DNA from: a virus
DNA: 64,000 nt
Strand: one strand, 5' to 3'
IMG/VR virus record: IMGVR_UViG_3300022177_000062
Span: 10,593 to 74,592 of that record
A program made the position numbers and the translations under genes. This document shows positions 46,539-55,401 of this stretch, piece after piece (position 1 is the first letter of the stretch; every line of letters starts with the position of its first letter). The notes beneath the pieces were generated by a model, which did not search any database, was not told the DNA's origin, and was given only the letters and a program-made list of their open reading frames with translations.

Positions 46539-47174
46539 CTATTTTCTCCTTTCTGCTTTCCACACGTCCACGTCCCCATCGCGCACCATGCGGACACGAT
46601 AGGGACAGGTCAATGTAGCCAGAGAGTTGATTAAATCTCGTTTTGCCGATACGGTGGGTTTTCCGGGGTCCGTAGCAAGTAGAACATCAACCACCGGCCT
46701 GTACCGGCGCGGCACTGTGTGTATTTTGTCCCCGAGGTAATGCACGGCTTGCCCCAGAAACAGACCTCCGCCGTAAATCATGATCGGATCGGTGCCGGAA
46801 TAGCCCATGGCGTATCCTGCATGCTCCCGGATTTCCGCCGTCTCCGCGTCCTGGCACCACCGCATCAACAGATCATCTGCAAACCAATCCCCCGCGACAC
46901 GGGCAGGATTGGTCAATGCGGCGATAGCGGCCTGATCGGTTCCCCTGACAAACCAGCCCGTAGCCAGCAGGTGATGTTTTTCTGCGAGCGTGGCGTGTGC
47001 CAGCTCGTGCAGATATTCAATATCCCGCCAGTCGGGACCCTCGGTAGGTATTTTGATTGTATGTGTTCTTGTCCACGGATCGGAGGTGATTTCCAAGTCC
47101 CGGCCACCGTGCTGATAGGTCACGATCCATTTGAGGCGGGCAGTTACGTCCGCGATAGTTGCCCTGATTGTCAT
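46539..47174 (-). CDS. HExxH zinc-metallopeptidase-like protein (ImmA/IrrE-like candidate)
   Basis: YLHELAHATL; SD GAAAGGGGA. Confidence 0.55.
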   Translation of the reverse strand: MTIRATIADVTARLKWIVTYQHGGRDLEITSDPWTRTHTIKIPTEGPDWRDIEYLHELAHATLAEKHHLLATGWFVRGTDQAAIAALTNPARVAGDWFADDLLMRWCQDAETAEIREHAGYAMGYSGTDPIMIYGGGLFLGQAVHYLGDKIHTVPRRYRPVVDVLLATDPGKPTVSAKRDLINSLATLTCPYRVRMVRDGDVDVWKAERRK

Positions 47175-47199
47175 GCGATCCCCTTTCGTTTCAGGTTTA

Positions 47200-47229
47200 C
47201 CCCCCCTGCTCCCATCGGTTCAGGGGGGG
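47200..47229. terminator. Hairpin
   Basis: CCCCCCCTG/CAGGGGGGG 9-bp stem. Confidence 0.5.
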
Positions 47230-47236
47230 CATTGCT

Positions 47237-48493
47237 TTAGTCCGCGTCCGGCTCCGAGGACATGTACAGCCTGTATTCCCCTGCCGGGAGCGTGACCGTA
47301 GCGTGGCTGGTGTGTGATACGGTAATCTCGCTGTCGGCCCGGAAATATACCCCGTTGTGGGAGAGGGTATTACTGGTTATCCTGTGGGATTCGCGCGGTT
47401 CCCATTCGCCCGCCGGTGTGAGCACGGGAGCTTTTGCGATATGCTCCTGGTACTGCTCCAAATTTCCCGCGTAGTAGCAGGCCAACCATTCGAACCCGTC
47501 ACGGGTTTTGGACGGGTAATGCTCGGATTTTGGACGCCCGCAATTGGAGCAAAATACCCGCGCATCTGTCGGGATAGTTGCCGGGCAAAACAAGAGATCG
47601 CCCTGTCTGGTGCATTTGTCGAGGTCATTTTTGCCGATGCGGAAAATTTCCGCCATGGCCTCCTCAACGGTGGTATCGAGGAGGGCGTTGCCGTGATCGT
47701 CGTGCGATTGGGGCAGATCGTTGATTACATGTCCCCACTCGTCGCCGTTATCGTCTATTCCACACAGATAACCTCTACCCGTTCCGACCAGCTTGTGACC
47801 CCAATTGCCATAGGCTGTTTTATAGCTGTGGCTCTTGCATTCGAGGACCAGAGCGGCCCGCCACCGCTCCGAGACGCCCGCCACGTAATTGCGGGCGAAT
47901 GGAGGGTGAAAATAGTCTTTCAGGGTCTGGTGGTCGGCTTCCCAGAACCGGCCTGTTTTCAAGGCTTCGGCGTTCCGCGCCTTCTGGTCCTCTCGCTCCG
48001 TTCTTTTGCCAGCGAGATACGCACTGTTCGCCGCGCGCAGTTGGGATATCAGCGGTTTTTGCTGTGCCTGCAATCCCGCGATCTGTTTGCGGGCACGGGC
48101 GAGATTGGATTTTGCGGTGGCCTTGCGATAGGCCGCGAGGAACTTTTTGCCCTGTTCGATCAGCCACAGGGTTTTGGCCTCTGAGCGTTTTTCCGCCGCG
48201 TTTTTGGTCCGGGCATTGATTTTAATCGTGGTTTCCGGGTGGTCCCCGGCGAGGCGAGCAATGGACTCTATAGCCCTGTCCATCCGCCGCAACGCGCTCC
48301 AATGAATAAGCCCATGCTCATCCATGCTATTGGGATAGTTGATCGTGTCCACCATGATAGTGATATCCCAGCGGACGCCCAGCCGGACCTCGGCCTGTAT
48401 GGAGTTATCGTACGGGTGATACGATATTTCTACGGGGCCGGATTTCCTGAGAGCCTGTATCCTCTCGTTGATTTTGATCAGTTTTGTGTCCAT
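47237..48493 (-). CDS. Hypothetical protein
   Basis: SD GAGGAG; C-terminal RQGDLLF...SH...H..HATVTLPAGEY motif. Confidence 0.6.
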   Translation of the reverse strand: MDTKLIKINERIQALRKSGPVEISYHPYDNSIQAEVRLGVRWDITIMVDTINYPNSMDEHGLIHWSALRRMDRAIESIARLAGDHPETTIKINARTKNAAEKRSEAKTLWLIEQGKKFLAAYRKATAKSNLARARKQIAGLQAQQKPLISQLRAANSAYLAGKRTEREDQKARNAEALKTGRFWEADHQTLKDYFHPPFARNYVAGVSERWRAALVLECKSHSYKTAYGNWGHKLVGTGRGYLCGIDDNGDEWGHVINDLPQSHDDHGNALLDTTVEEAMAEIFRIGKNDLDKCTRQGDLLFCPATIPTDARVFCSNCGRPKSEHYPSKTRDGFEWLACYYAGNLEQYQEHIAKAPVLTPAGEWEPRESHRITSNTLSHNGVYFRADSEITVSHTSHATVTLPAGEYRLYMSSEPDAD

Positions 48494-48540
48494 GATTTTC
48501 CTCCTCGTATTTTCTCCCGTCTCCACGGACGGGGCAATAG

Positions 48541-48705
48541 TTATTTTTTCTCCACACGCTCGATTAGAGCGCGTACGCTGTCAATCCATTCCCCGGTATC
48601 GTCAGCCAACAGCTCCGCGACGTCCTTGAGCATGGACAGCATTTCTGCGTTTAACTGGTTCAGGCGGTGGATTTCGGCCAGTTCCAAAGATTTACGATCA
48701 TTCAT
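48541..48705 (-). CDS. 54-aa helical protein
   Basis: MNDRKSLELAEIHRLN...; short ORF with SD. Confidence 0.45.
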   Translation of the reverse strand: MNDRKSLELAEIHRLNQLNAEMLSMLKDVAELLADDTGEWIDSVRALIERVEKK

Positions 48706-48713
48706 AGCGCCCC

Positions 48714-48890
48714 CTATCGTTCCATTCTGATATTGTCCGTAAACGTGGCAACCCGCATGCCGTCAACGTTCACATACACGATATTTGTCGACACAAACCC
48801 CGAGATGATAGCGCGCTTTTTCTTGTGCACCAAGCACACTTTGTCGCCTATCCTGAACGTCCTATTTCTCCAGTCTTTGATTTCTGTCAT
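48714..48890 (-). CDS. 58-aa SH3/KOW-like protein
   Basis: FRIGDKVCLV; SD AGAGGG. Confidence 0.45.
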   Translation of the reverse strand: MTEIKDWRNRTFRIGDKVCLVHKKKRAIISGFVSTNIVYVNVDGMRVATFTDNIRMER

Positions 48891-48940
48891 CCCTCTTTCC
48901 CCTTCCCCCGTATAGCCGGTAGGACAGCTATTGAAAGGGT

Positions 48941-49828
48941 TTATTCCGTTATCTGATCCCGTATAAAGTCACTTGCCCGCTGTGCTTGTGCCGCGGCCAC
49001 AATGACCATTTTGGGGTCGTTTCTCAGTTTTCCTAACCACGACTGGATATAAGCGGTGCTGTTGTCGATGGTCTTGTTTTCAATCTGACAGTGGCCGCAA
49101 AGAAAGGCGGCGCCCATTTCGGCGACAAGCTCCTCTTTTGCGTATGGTGTCGATCCGAAGGCGGACCATTGCCCCTCGGACCCCGAGACCCCTTTTCTGT
49201 TGAGGCGGGATTCGTGCCCGGTTGAATGGGTAAGTTCATGAAACAGCGTCGAGTAGTAGTATTCGGAGCTTGTAAAGGTTTCGAACCGGGGCATGTTGAC
49301 GACGTCCGAAGACGGCCGATAATAGGCGCGCGGTTCAGCGTGAACAATCCCCGGTCGTTTCGGCATGTTCTTGATGATGCCTTCACACTGCTTGATTTTC
49401 TCCAGGTCGTTGTAGGTCCGGGCAATCAGTGCAGGGATTTTCTTCGGGTCTATTCCTTCGGTCTGATCCATGTTGAAAACCGTATAGTACCGTAACAAAG
49501 GTATGGTTTTTCTCGATCCTTGCGGGGTTTCGCCGTCGTCTGTCTCGCCACCTTTCGGCTTAACGTCAAGCTGTTTCCAGAACACGACCGGATAACCCTT
49601 AGACCCTTTCACTACCGATCCGCCAAGCTCTTTGACCTGTTTGAAGCTCATCCAGAAGGGAGACGAAAAGCCGGCCGCGGCGAGCATGAAAGTATTAATC
49701 CCCTTGTACTCTTTCTTCGTGATAAGGTTTTTCGGCATTTCGCCACCCGACCAAGGGCGCTGCCAGGGAATTACACCCCTTTCCAGTTCTTCCATGATTC
49801 TTTTCGTGATTACTTCTTCGACCTTCAT
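48941..49828 (-). CDS. ardC: ArdC-family antirestriction / ssDNA-binding protein
   Basis: IMEELERGVIPWQRPW, YKGIN, LRYYTVFN..Q, TLFHELTHSTGH..RL, YAKEELVAE. Confidence 0.9.
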   Translation of the reverse strand: MKVEEVITKRIMEELERGVIPWQRPWSGGEMPKNLITKKEYKGINTFMLAAAGFSSPFWMSFKQVKELGGSVVKGSKGYPVVFWKQLDVKPKGGETDDGETPQGSRKTIPLLRYYTVFNMDQTEGIDPKKIPALIARTYNDLEKIKQCEGIIKNMPKRPGIVHAEPRAYYRPSSDVVNMPRFETFTSSEYYYSTLFHELTHSTGHESRLNRKGVSGSEGQWSAFGSTPYAKEELVAEMGAAFLCGHCQIENKTIDNSTAYIQSWLGKLRNDPKMVIVAAAQAQRASDFIRDQITE

Positions 49829-49896
49829 GTTTTCCCCTTTCGTTATGGTTTGTGTTACACTATTTCGCCCCTTGGTCCAGTGCTCGCAACACTGGG
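49826..49896 (-). repeat. Repeated leader element, copy 1
   Basis: 22 identical bases (CATGTTTTCCCCTTTCGTTATG) and hairpin CAGTGTTGCGAGCACTG shared with 50545-50616. Confidence 0.8.
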
Positions 49897-49931
49897 AGCC
49901 TTCCCCGGCTCGTTATGCCAAGGGGTTTTGT

Positions 49932-50129
49932 TTATATCGCTACATTCCGCTGTCTGAATCCATCGTAACACTGCACGGTCACTGCCAGCGTTAGGCACTC
50001 TGTAGGCGATTCGGGAACGATTATTTTCCAGTCCACGAATTTCGCAGGGTGCCCGGTTTCTTTCCTGATATCCCGCGCTACATTGCGTGCTTCCCGCTCA
50101 ATGTCTTTTCGTGTGTACTTGTATGCCAT
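49932..50129 (-). CDS. Hypothetical protein
   Basis: 65-aa ORF in the leftward island. Confidence 0.5.
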   Translation of the reverse strand: MAYKYTRKDIEREARNVARDIRKETGHPAKFVDWKIIVPESPTECLTLAVTVQCYDGFRQRNVAI

Positions 50130-50132
50130 GAT

Positions 50133-50465
50133 TTACTTACCCCCCTTGATGTGTTCTGAAAGGGTTCTTGCTTCCTTGACTATCTCTATCCATTCAGGAT
50201 GTCCGTCAAGATAGTTATCGTCGGCCATGGCAAGGATATGTTCAATGAGTTTGCAGGTGTCCTGCCCGGTCGCAATGAAACGCGCGCATTCCTGCCTTAT
50301 CAGTTTCCCGCCCGTGCATTTGCTTAATGTGCAGAACGAACACAGGCAATCTATGCACTGCTTGCGGATCGGCTGCGCGTTCTCCCAGCAATCCTTTCCG
50401 CCGTCACAGGGATATGATCCGCACACTTTAGAATTATCCTTGATCTGCTTGCAGGTCCTATCCAT
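50133..50465 (-). CDS. Cys-rich hypothetical protein
   Basis: Multiple Cys pairs. Confidence 0.45.
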   Translation of the reverse strand: MDRTCKQIKDNSKVCGSYPCDGGKDCWENAQPIRKQCIDCLCSFCTLSKCTGGKLIRQECARFIATGQDTCKLIEHILAMADDNYLDGHPEWIEIVKEARTLSEHIKGGK

Positions 50466-50544
50466 GGAGCACTTCCAGTACCGCGAAAATCGTGTCGTCT
50501 GTGATTTCTTCGACTGTCTTGGTAAGGTATTCGGTAAGGTCTAG

Positions 50545-50616
50545 CATGTTTTCCCCTTTCGTTATGTTTTGTGGTGCCCTTGCTCTTGCCCCTTGTTCAG
50601 CGCTCGCAACACTGAG
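50545..50616 (-). repeat. Repeated leader element, copy 2
   Basis: Matches 49826-49896; hairpin variant CAGTGTTGCGAGCGCTG. Confidence 0.8.
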
Positions 50617-50628
50617 GGGCTATTTCGC

Positions 50629-50817
50629 TCACCTTAACCCGTAATGGTCTTCAAATTCGGCCTGGTCCTTTGCGTATTGATCCGCGCACTGCTGGGAGCA
50701 AAACTCTAAACCGTCGACGTAGAGCGCCGGCCTGTCCTTGCTATCGTAAATCGCGGAACAGCATGCACATTCATAGATCGTATATTCGGGAATTTGCGCC
50801 TTGGTGTTTGTCTGCAT
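50629..50817 (-). CDS. Small zinc-finger protein
   Basis: CACC...FCSQQC. Confidence 0.5.
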   Translation of the reverse strand: MQTNTKAQIPEYTIYECACCSAIYDSKDRPALYVDGLEFCSQQCADQYAKDQAEFEDHYGLR

Positions 50818-50829
50818 TCCTTCCCCTTT

Positions 50830-51105
50830 CTAGACCGCTACGGCCATGAACTCGATACCCGCGAACTCTTCACGCTTTCTAGGTTCAGGGATCGGTAAGC
50901 CGTCCTCGATCATTCCCTTGACGTGCATTTCGATTGCTGCTTGCATATTGCCTCTAACCTCATCCAAGGTCTTACCAGTAGCGACACACCCGGGAAGATC
51001 GGGAGAGTAAGCGGAAAAGTTCCTTTCCGCGCGCTCGATGATAACCAGAAACATATACTCTTTACCTCTTTCCATGTTTGCACCCCTTACGATGATTTTA
51101 GCCAT
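50830..51105 (-). CDS. hicB: HicB antitoxin (short form; start uncertain)
   Basis: FSAYSPDLPGCVATGKTLDEVRGNMQAAIEMH. Confidence 0.9.
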   Translation of the reverse strand: MAKIIVRGANMERGKEYMFLVIIERAERNFSAYSPDLPGCVATGKTLDEVRGNMQAAIEMHVKGMIEDGLPIPEPRKREEFAGIEFMAVAV

Positions 51106-51107
51106 GG

Positions 51108-51302
51108 TTATTTTACCTCAATTTGCGCTTGCTTTAAAATGCTCTTGAGGGTGCCGCGTGCTAGGTCGTCGCTGGGGTGTCCGGCAATAGTAACACGCCC
51201 CGCCTTGACAGGGTGCTTATACTGCCTGTGACTGCCTTCAGTAGAAACAAGATACCAACCATCCTGCTTAATTAGCTTGATGATATCTCTTACCTTTGCC
51301 AT
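51108..51302 (-). CDS. hicA: HicA toxin
   Basis: DGW....GSHRQYKHP..GRVTIAGH...GTLKSILKQA. Confidence 0.92.
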   Translation of the reverse strand: MAKVRDIIKLIKQDGWYLVSTEGSHRQYKHPVKAGRVTIAGHPSDDLARGTLKSILKQAQIEVK

Positions 51303-51308
51303 GAATCT

Positions 51309-51337
51309 ATTATAACATGGGTTTATCGTGGTCGTAA
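51309..51337 (-). promoter_or_regulatory. Promoter for hicAB / leftward island
   Basis: TTACGA-17-TATAAT; predicted +1 falls at or near the hicA ATG. Confidence 0.5.
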
Positions 51338-52312
51338 CTATAGGATATCATTGAGTAATAAGAGCCACCTAGATGCAAAAACGGGGATATTATGAACAGG
51401 CAACCGGCCGTAACTATTCGATATCATGGGATCATCGCGTCATACTGCGATCACCGTTTGATACCCACCAAAACTGTCAAGAAAAAAATGCAGGAAAACG
51501 AAAAAAAAGTGAAAAATAATTAGGGAGTGAGAAAACCCCAGGCGATAACACCAGAAAGGGAAAACGTGCTATTGCCCAATGATATCAGTAGCACCAGGCT
51601 AGATAGAAGTAGCACGATGAGACTGACCGGATAGCTAACCCGACAGGCAGACAAGCAGGGTTTGGGATTGCGGGTGAGTAGCCAGTAGTGGGAGTCAGAT
51701 AGTACCGATTCCAAATCAACAACCATTCCAATCAAGTAACCCATACACTCACATGGAGCAAGGGAAGCAAGGGAAGGGGTGACGAGAGCTCGATCATGTT
51801 GCAGGATGGGCAGGAACAAGCGGGTGTTACTATGTGTCCCAGGTGTAACACGTAGAGACAGGCGGGGCAAGGGTTTGCGGGGTGGTGGGTCTAGGGTGTA
51901 GAGACGGGGGGTCTGTCGACACCTGCGCCATATTTTCGCCGGCTTTGCGGCCAGCCTTCCTGCCCCAAAGAACATTCCCAGCGCGACCGACCCGAGCGCG
52001 AACGCCCGTCTATGTAGGCTATGCCTCATAAATCACATGCTTCACTAGCTGTCAACTATTGCCTGATACTTGACGCTTGCCCCGTGACGGCGGGCATGAC
52101 CACCCCGGACGCCCTACCCCTACCCGTTTGGATTTACGCGCGCCCCTGTATCCAGGGGTGAGACTCCCCTCTGCCATATATGCAAAATCCCCCCCAAAGC
52201 CCGTTATTCCAGTTACTTACGTTTATCCCCCTGCCTTTCATGACCCTTCAGACCCATTCGCCATGAATCAGCATCGAGACTCAATAGATCCTTTAAGGCC
52301 CCGAAATACCCC

Positions 52313-52511
52313 TATCGGTGTCGTACGTCGGCGTATCACTGCGCTTTCCCATAGAACCAGTCATATCAGATACCCACAGTGGGGCAAAAAGACCCAAGAT
52401 AACCAGAATTCTCCTCAATAAACCAGTACAGCACGCAACATTTGCCCCGCCAAGCAAGGTTTAACACTTGTGAAACCCCATATCGGTGTTGTACGCTGGA
52501 GTATCGCTCCG
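52313..52511. repeat. Two 31-bp imperfect direct repeats
   Basis: 52313-52343 and 52481-52511, 25/31 identical. Confidence 0.6.
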
Positions 52512-52538
52512 ATATGCAGAAATCAGGAGGACGTCCCG

Positions 52539-52730
52539 ATGGCGCAAAAGATGATTGATCAAGTCAGGCGGAACCGGAAAAACGCCACACGGGTATTCTG
52601 CTTCACGCTGACCGATATCGCCGAGGCCACGGGCAGATCAATCTATGCCGTGAAGCGAGCGGTCTACTCGGGCAAGCTGGACCCACGGGACCTGAAGAGC
52701 ATTATTGAGTACGGAGGCAAGTCTGCGTGA
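52539..52730 (+). CDS. HTH protein (paralog A)
   Basis: SD AGGAGG; DIAEATGRSIYAV...GKLDPRDLKS. Confidence 0.65.
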   Translation: MAQKMIDQVRRNRKNATRVFCFTLTDIAEATGRSIYAVKRAVYSGKLDPRDLKSIIEYGGKSA

Positions 52731-52798
52731 AACGCGTTGAATATAAACAAAGAAACCGCGCGCATACCGCTGAAAAACGTTTTTCAAACGTTCCCATC

Positions 52799-52828
52799 TT
52801 GACAAGCACAAGCGGTTCTCGCTAGAAT
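52799..52828 (+). promoter_or_regulatory. Sigma70 promoter giving a leaderless mRNA
   Basis: TTGACA-18-TAGAAT; ATG 7 nt downstream, no SD. Confidence 0.65.
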
Positions 52829-52834
52829 ATTACC

Positions 52835-53161
52835 ATGGCGCGATTGACAGAAACCCCGAAAAAGAATGTACGGAAGAGAAAGGCGAAGGGTTTCCCTGGC
52901 GGTAAAAGAATGGCCGATCTCGTAAAGGCCAAACGAATGAAGGCCAAGCGGGTCTTTCCCTTCGCGTGGGAAGACATAGCGGAGGCCGTCAAGCTCTCGG
53001 CCACAACAGTCCAGAGTGTATCCAAAAAGGGACAGTTTGACCCGCGAGACTTGAAGAGCCTGTCGACCTATGTTTACCTGCGCCTTCAGAAGATCGAGAA
53101 GACAAGGCATACCAAAAAACGACTTAAGAAAGGAGTAGTCACCACAGACGGCAAGGCATAG
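52835..53161 (+). CDS. HTH protein (paralog B)
   Basis: DIAEAVKLSATTV...GQFDPRDLKS. Confidence 0.65.
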   Translation: MARLTETPKKNVRKRKAKGFPGGKRMADLVKAKRMKAKRVFPFAWEDIAEAVKLSATTVQSVSKKGQFDPRDLKSLSTYVYLRLQKIEKTRHTKKRLKKGVVTTDGKA

Positions 53162-53481
53162 CCTTGCAGGCAGGGGTAAGCCCTGTTAGTAGTTACCGCA
53201 TCACATAGAAACACTCACCTTAATTCTTTTCAATAACGATCACGAGATCAAGTACGAGGTCTTCAATGTCCGCGACCGCCGCGAGCACGGGGAGATCTGC
53301 GTCGATGATTTCGACATCGAGATCCATACAGTCAACGGTATGCCGAAAAGGTACTTCTCGGCAATCGGGATACAGGCAATCGAAGAAGCCATGAGCGAAC
53401 AGGTCCGAGAGAGGCTGAACGAAGAGGCCCCGGCGCGCTGGACCGGTGCGGCCATGGATGCAGCACATGAAAGGAGACGGG

Positions 53482-53751
53482 ATGAAAATAATGGGCATCA
53501 TCGAACCGGGACGGAAATATTTAGCGGAAGTCTCCCAGGACGAGCTGGAGAAGTTCCTGAACAAGTATTACCGCAACATGCCGCGCCTTGAGGTCGGCGA
53601 TACAGTCGATCTCGGCAAGGGCTACGACTTCCTGCAGGAGACGCGCGAGGTTTGTAGGAGCTTGAAGGAAACCATCGAAAAGGGGTCCCGGTATATTGGG
53701 CCACTCACCGAGGGGATCGTTCTCATGGCTGATGGAGGAAAGAAAAGGTGA
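53482..53751 (+). CDS. Hypothetical protein
   Basis: SD AGGAG. Confidence 0.5.
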   Translation: MKIMGIIEPGRKYLAEVSQDELEKFLNKYYRNMPRLEVGDTVDLGKGYDFLQETREVCRSLKETIEKGSRYIGPLTEGIVLMADGGKKR

Positions 53752-53896
53752 CATTTGAAGACATTCACTTTGGCGCCTTTGTCATCTTCCTCCTCCTCAT
53801 ATTCGCAGCGGCGATGGGGATTGTCGCACACGCCGTTAACAAAGATTTCCGTCAATGGAGGGTAACCTCAAAACAGCAAAAGATGGAGAAGGGGAA

Positions 53897-54550
53897 ATGA
53901 AGATCATCAGACAGTCATGGGAATTCTTGAACAAACCCGATGCAGACCAAGCATTGCGTCTGATCGAGGCGGCCGGACGGGTATGTTACAAGACAGAGGG
54001 TTCGGCTGGACCTGGAACCGCCCCGGACTTTATCAGGAAGCGGATTGCCACTGGACACCATTCGGTTATTGAACATGTCAGTATCACCGTCAGGATCATC
54101 ACCGACAGGGGCGTGACACATGAAATCGTCAGGCACAGACTCGCCTCGTACAGCCAGGAATCAACGCGGTACTGCAATTACAGCAAAGACCAGTTCGGAA
54201 ACGAAATCACGGTCATCCTGCCAGTGTGGCTTGCTGACGAAGACTTGGACGCCACGCCCAATTTCCCTCTGGTCGGACAGGATTCATTCGGCCTGTGGTA
54301 CATGGCCTGCAGAAGTGCCGAAACGTTCTATTTCTCGCTCCTGAACCAAGGCCAATCACCCCAGCAGGCCCGATCTGTCCTGCCAAACAGTCTCAAGACC
54401 GAACTGGTCATGACCTGCAACGTCCGGGAGTGGCGGCACTTCTTCGCTTTGCGGACCAGCGCGGCTGCACATCCCCAGATGCGGGACCTCGCATGCTCTA
54501 TGCTGGCCGGGTTCAAGGAAGCCATACCGGTGTTGTTCGAGGACCTGTAA
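53897..54550 (+). CDS. thyX: Flavin-dependent thymidylate synthase
   Basis: GHHSVIEH, VTHEIVRHR...SQESTRY, ARSVLPN, HPQMR. Confidence 0.95.
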   Translation: MKIIRQSWEFLNKPDADQALRLIEAAGRVCYKTEGSAGPGTAPDFIRKRIATGHHSVIEHVSITVRIITDRGVTHEIVRHRLASYSQESTRYCNYSKDQFGNEITVILPVWLADEDLDATPNFPLVGQDSFGLWYMACRSAETFYFSLLNQGQSPQQARSVLPNSLKTELVMTCNVREWRHFFALRTSAAAHPQMRDLACSMLAGFKEAIPVLFEDL

Positions 54551-54552
54551 CG

Positions 54553-54879
54553 ATGTGTTTGACTACTCGATCCATCAAAATGAGCAGGGGACGCTTCCGA
54601 TGTTACTTTTTCTTTGTCGGTTGGGACTGTCTCAGCCTCGGCCTCCACGTCTCAGTTTGGTGCCCGAACATAGAGATCCATTTACCCTTCGGCTTTATCA
54701 GGATAGGTTGGGAGTCTGTGGCGCATATGTATCTCAAAGAAACAAAGGAGGAAACGCAAATGGGCAGTATCGACGGTGCAATCAAACATGCAGTAAGGCG
54801 GGCCGTCATCATGACGGTAACAATCGGTGTCCTGTCGATAATAGCGGCTACAGCGCTTGTATGGTGGTTGATGCGATGA
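54553..54879 (+). CDS. Hypothetical membrane protein
   Basis: C-terminal TM; an internal SD+ATG could mark a second start. Confidence 0.4.
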   Translation: MCLTTRSIKMSRGRFRCYFFFVGWDCLSLGLHVSVWCPNIEIHLPFGFIRIGWESVAHMYLKETKEETQMGSIDGAIKHAVRRAVIMTVTIGVLSIIAATALVWWLMR

Positions 54880-54884
54880 AAACA

Positions 54885-54959
54885 TGGCAGGGGTGGCTGA
54901 CGGGTCAGAGCCATAACGCTCCGGAGCTTGCAGGTTCAAATCCTGCCCCCTGCCAACCA
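54885..54959 (+). tRNA. Atypical tRNA-Met-like element (pseudo-tRNA)
   Basis: T-arm GCAGG-TTCAAAT-CCTGC, 9-bp acceptor-like stem, encoded ACCA, CAT in a loop; D and anticodon arms non-canonical. Confidence 0.55.
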
Positions 54960-54993
54960 TTAAGGAATCCTTAAGGGTTCAGAAGGAGAATTC

Positions 54994-55401
54994 ATGACCA
55001 AAGAAGAATTGGCATTAAAGCTCAATGGTCGGGAGTACGGGGAAGAAATCACGCCCGAAGAGGAAGCCGAAGCAAAGACGGCTGGCCTTGTTGCTATCTT
55101 CGGCTATTCCGATGATGCCGTGGAACTTAGAGGGGCCGTGGATGACGAAACATACGCCATGGAGCTTCTTTTCGATTCCAAGGGGCTCGTTCAGAATGAA
55201 TGCGATAGCGGCGGCGAATGTCCCTATTTCCAACGGCTCACGCAAAGCATCAAGGACAGGGTTCGCGCCAAATGGAATAAAGACGGGTATTCGTGGGTCT
55301 ATGAGACCAACATGCCCCATACCACATTCGACATCATGGAAGACGGCGAGAAGTACTGCCGGGGCATCGTGATCGAGTTGCCCGAAGGAGACAAGCCGTG
55401 A
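54994..55401 (+). CDS. Hypothetical phage protein
   Basis: LNGREYG...IFGYSDD..E..GA. Confidence 0.6.
   Translation: MTKEELALKLNGREYGEEITPEEEAEAKTAGLVAIFGYSDDAVELRGAVDDETYAMELLFDSKGLVQNECDSGGECPYFQRLTQSIKDRVRAKWNKDGYSWVYETNMPHTTFDIMEDGEKYCRGIVIELPEGDKP

Noticed and set aside
51520-52421. ORFs 51520-52029 (-) and 52077-52421 (+)
   Set aside because: Pro/Arg/Leu-biased translations with no SD or motifs; treated as non-coding
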